Assembly (NCBI GenBank): GCA_963714055.1
Contig: OY970227.1
Coordinates: 499,079-563,078 of the forward strand
DNA: 64,000 nt
Direction of reading: 5' to 3'
From: an uncultured Acidimicrobiia bacterium
GTDB lineage: Bacteria > Actinomycetota > Acidimicrobiia > Spongiisociales > UBA5794
The position numbers were made by a program, and so were the translations under genes. Shown here one piece after another: positions 62,431-64,000 of the stretch. The first letter of the stretch is position 1; each line of letters starts with the position of its first letter. Below the pieces are notes generated by a model. The model searched no databases and was not told the DNA's origin. It saw only the letters and a program-made list of their open reading frames with translations.

Positions 62431-64000
62431 TCAAGTCTTCGGGACGAGACGGTCGAAGGCGAGGCCGCTGGAGGCTTCGCCGCGGCCGGTCTGCCTCTGG
62501 ACCCCGAGCCAGGTGTAGACCCGGCCGTCCCGCCACCTCGTCCGCTGCCAGGAGCGGGTGACGATCTCGCCGGCCCGGCTGATCTCCTCCTCGTACACGA
62601 GGTACGGCGGAGGCACCACGGCGTCGGCGCCGGGCCGGAGGAGCTGGGTGCGTGGCCTGATCTTGGCCGGCGTGACACCGGTCGTCCCCTCGAGGAGTCG
62701 GGGCATGGCCGCCCGCTGGAGTTGGATCTCACGGTTGTCGCCGGTGATCTTCACCGCGATGAACGGGATCCAGTTCTCGGCGACCCGGTTGGTCAGCTGG
62801 TAGCGCACCGTGGCGTCGTTGGCGGGCGGACCGGTGGTCGGCGCCCCGCCAGAGGCTTGGTCGGCCACCGACTGGTGGCGGCGGTGCGTCTCGACGGCGA
62901 CCTCGTGGCCGCGGCGAGACGAGCCGTCGGGCAGGTGGACGACCGTCTCGATGCCCCACACCAGGTTCGACACCTCGTCCCGCACCAGGTGGACAGCCTC
63001 CACGGGAGCGCCTTGGAGGATGGTGGGGGTGGTGGTGAGCATGGGCAGGCCGGGAGCGCTCGTCCCGTCGCGTCCGGTGATGGTGAACATGGCCCACGAC
63101 CGCCACGCCTCGCCGACGGCCGTCGACGACGGCTCGATCCAGGTGCGCTCGCCGAAGACGTTGGTCACCGCCAGGCCGTCCACCTGGGTGACCGTGCCGA
63201 GCGCCAGCTGGATCGGGGCCAGGAACCAGTCGTTGGCGTACACCAGCCCGAACTCGATGAGGAGGAGCTTGTTGAGGTCGGTGGTGTCCGGCTGGATGTC
63301 GCCGAAGCTGGTCGCCGCCTCCTCGAAGGTCCACCACCTGGTGTGCGGCATGCCGTCGAACTGGGCGTTCGTCGGGAAGAAGCTCCGGGTCACCCTCCGC
63401 GCCGGGTCGGGGGGTCCCGGCGGCGGGAACGGCGGTCCGGTGTCGGTGGCGCCGGCGACATCGAAGCTGTACCAGTCGAGGTGCCCGCCGTGGTATTCGT
63501 CGGCGATCAGCGTGCGCGGCCCGGTCGGTGTCGGCGCCGAGAGGGCGACGCCGTACTCGAGGTGATGGGGCAGCCACGAGTCGCCGGCCGGGTCGCCGGG
63601 CCGGTCGAGGAGGCGGTTGAACCAGTCGACGAACAGGCCGCCCAGGGTGTCCACCGTGTCCTTGTCGGTGCCGGTGAGCCCCAGGCCGTCGGAGGCGAGA
63701 TGCCCGGGATCGGCGACCAGGTGCTGGAACAAGGCCATGCCGTCGATGGCCCTCCCGGCGACGGCGACGTGGGTCTGCCACACCGCCGGGTGCGCCGTCA
63801 CCGGGTGATCGGCCTCGTCTTCCGGGTCGGGAGCGGTGATCGGGTATTCGCCGAGGAAGAGGGTCTCGAGGCCACCGAGGCCGGCGGCACGGAGCCGCTT
63901 CGCCCAGTGGCGGCCCATCAGCAGCCTGAGGTCGAGCGAGACCGGTCGGGTGCCGAGGGCGGTGGGGATCGGCTGTCGCTCGGTGATCGCCTCGAGCGGG
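62431..64000 (-). CDS. large conserved hypothetical protein, partial (continues beyond the window end)
   Basis: The open frame continues upstream of the first Met (…PLEAITERQPIPTALGTRPVSLDLRLLMGRHW…). More than 520 aa are visible and no domain is recognised. The protein has an internal Pro-rich segment (GPPFPPPGPPDP) and a hydrophobic core motif (LLLIEFGLVYANDWFLAPIQLALGT). Confidence 0.45.
   Translation of the reverse strand, partial: PLEAITERQPIPTALGTRPVSLDLRLLMGRHWAKRLRAAGLGGLETLFLGEYPITAPDPEDEADHPVTAHPAVWQTHVAVAGRAIDGMALFQHLVADPGHLASDGLGLTGTDKDTVDTLGGLFVDWFNRLLDRPGDPAGDSWLPHHLEYGVALSAPTPTGPRTLIADEYHGGHLDWYSFDVAGATDTGPPFPPPGPPDPARRVTRSFFPTNAQFDGMPHTRWWTFEEAATSFGDIQPDTTDLNKLLLIEFGLVYANDWFLAPIQLALGTVTQVDGLAVTNVFGERTWIEPSSTAVGEAWRSWAMFTITGRDGTSAPGLPMLTTTPTILQGAPVEAVHLVRDEVSNLVWGIETVVHLPDGSSRRGHEVAVETHRRHQSVADQASGGAPTTGPPANDATVRYQLTNRVAENWIPFIAVKITGDNREIQLQRAAMPRLLEGTTGVTPAKIRPRTQLLRPGADAVVPPPYLVYEEEISRAGEIVTRSWQRTRWRDGRVYTWLGVQRQTGRGEASSGLAFDRLVPKT

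Noticed and set aside
27-62561. Very long ORFs in the track that I did not report as genes: 27-806(+), 9642-11354(+), 16122-17990(+), 19513-21906(-), 31082-32929(-), 31870-34590(+), 52699-54369(+), 54970-56178(+), 56215-58146(+), 60141-62561(+).
   Set aside because: Their translations are Arg/Pro/Gly-rich low-complexity strings typical of antisense or out-of-phase frames in 70% GC DNA. Each overlaps a gene on the other strand or frame that has recognisable conserved motifs.

Overview
This is a ~70% GC window that looks actinobacterial. Supporting signals are an MtrA/MtrB/LpqB-like two-component cassette, an F420-type LLM oxidoreductase, a PspC-domain two-component system, a collagen-like surface protein and MIRU-like tandem repeats. 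I can support about 55 protein-coding loci plus one tRNA-Val(TAC).

Core metabolism and housekeeping genes: a kbl-tdh threonine-degradation operon with a downstream Fcy1-like cytosine deaminase; ferritin; isopentenyl-diphosphate isomerase; a TrmL tRNA methyltransferase; an acyl-CoA dehydrogenase with a thioesterase and an ALDH; a nitrilase; and quinone oxidoreductase and PhyH dioxygenase genes.

Envelope and secretome genes: an imelysin plus DUF1111 iron-type pair; three adjacent CorA paralogs; RTX-repeat proteins (one fused to a PGRP/Amidase_2 domain); an M28/PA aminopeptidase; an S8 subtilase; an S9 peptidase; a DUF4015 lipoprotein; and an SPFH protein.

Regulators: three LuxR/OmpR-type two-component systems, a class III adenylate cyclase fused to an ATPase and TPR domain, and an ArsR-type regulator.

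Many long ORFs in the supplied track are antisense GC-frame artefacts, and I did not report them.

The most striking things I read directly from the sequence are:
1. Pervasive frame disruption. At least 25 apparent frameshifts hit roughly 15 otherwise well-conserved genes. A 4-kb gene graveyard at 43.2-47.6 kb holds FG-GAP, SGNH and LuxR-HTH fragments plus a subtilase with at least four shifts.
2. Two dispersed small-repeat families sitting in promoter regions or next to the tRNA. One is a ~50-bp palindromic, MITE/REP-like element with four copies. The other is a 51-63 bp MIRU-like tandem unit at two loci.
3. An ~80-nt conserved, nested-palindrome 5' leader duplicated in front of two genes of one LuxR two-component operon (a cupredoxin lipoprotein and a membrane protein).
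4. A dienelactone-hydrolase gene whose stop overlaps (TAGTG) the GTG start of a ~800-aa polytopic membrane protein carrying a C-terminal GHSQG esterase domain.
5. A large unrecognised protein that runs off the right edge of the window.

I cannot name a single new system with confidence. The structured leader together with its two-component operon, and the membrane-esterase locus, are the best candidates for something undescribed.
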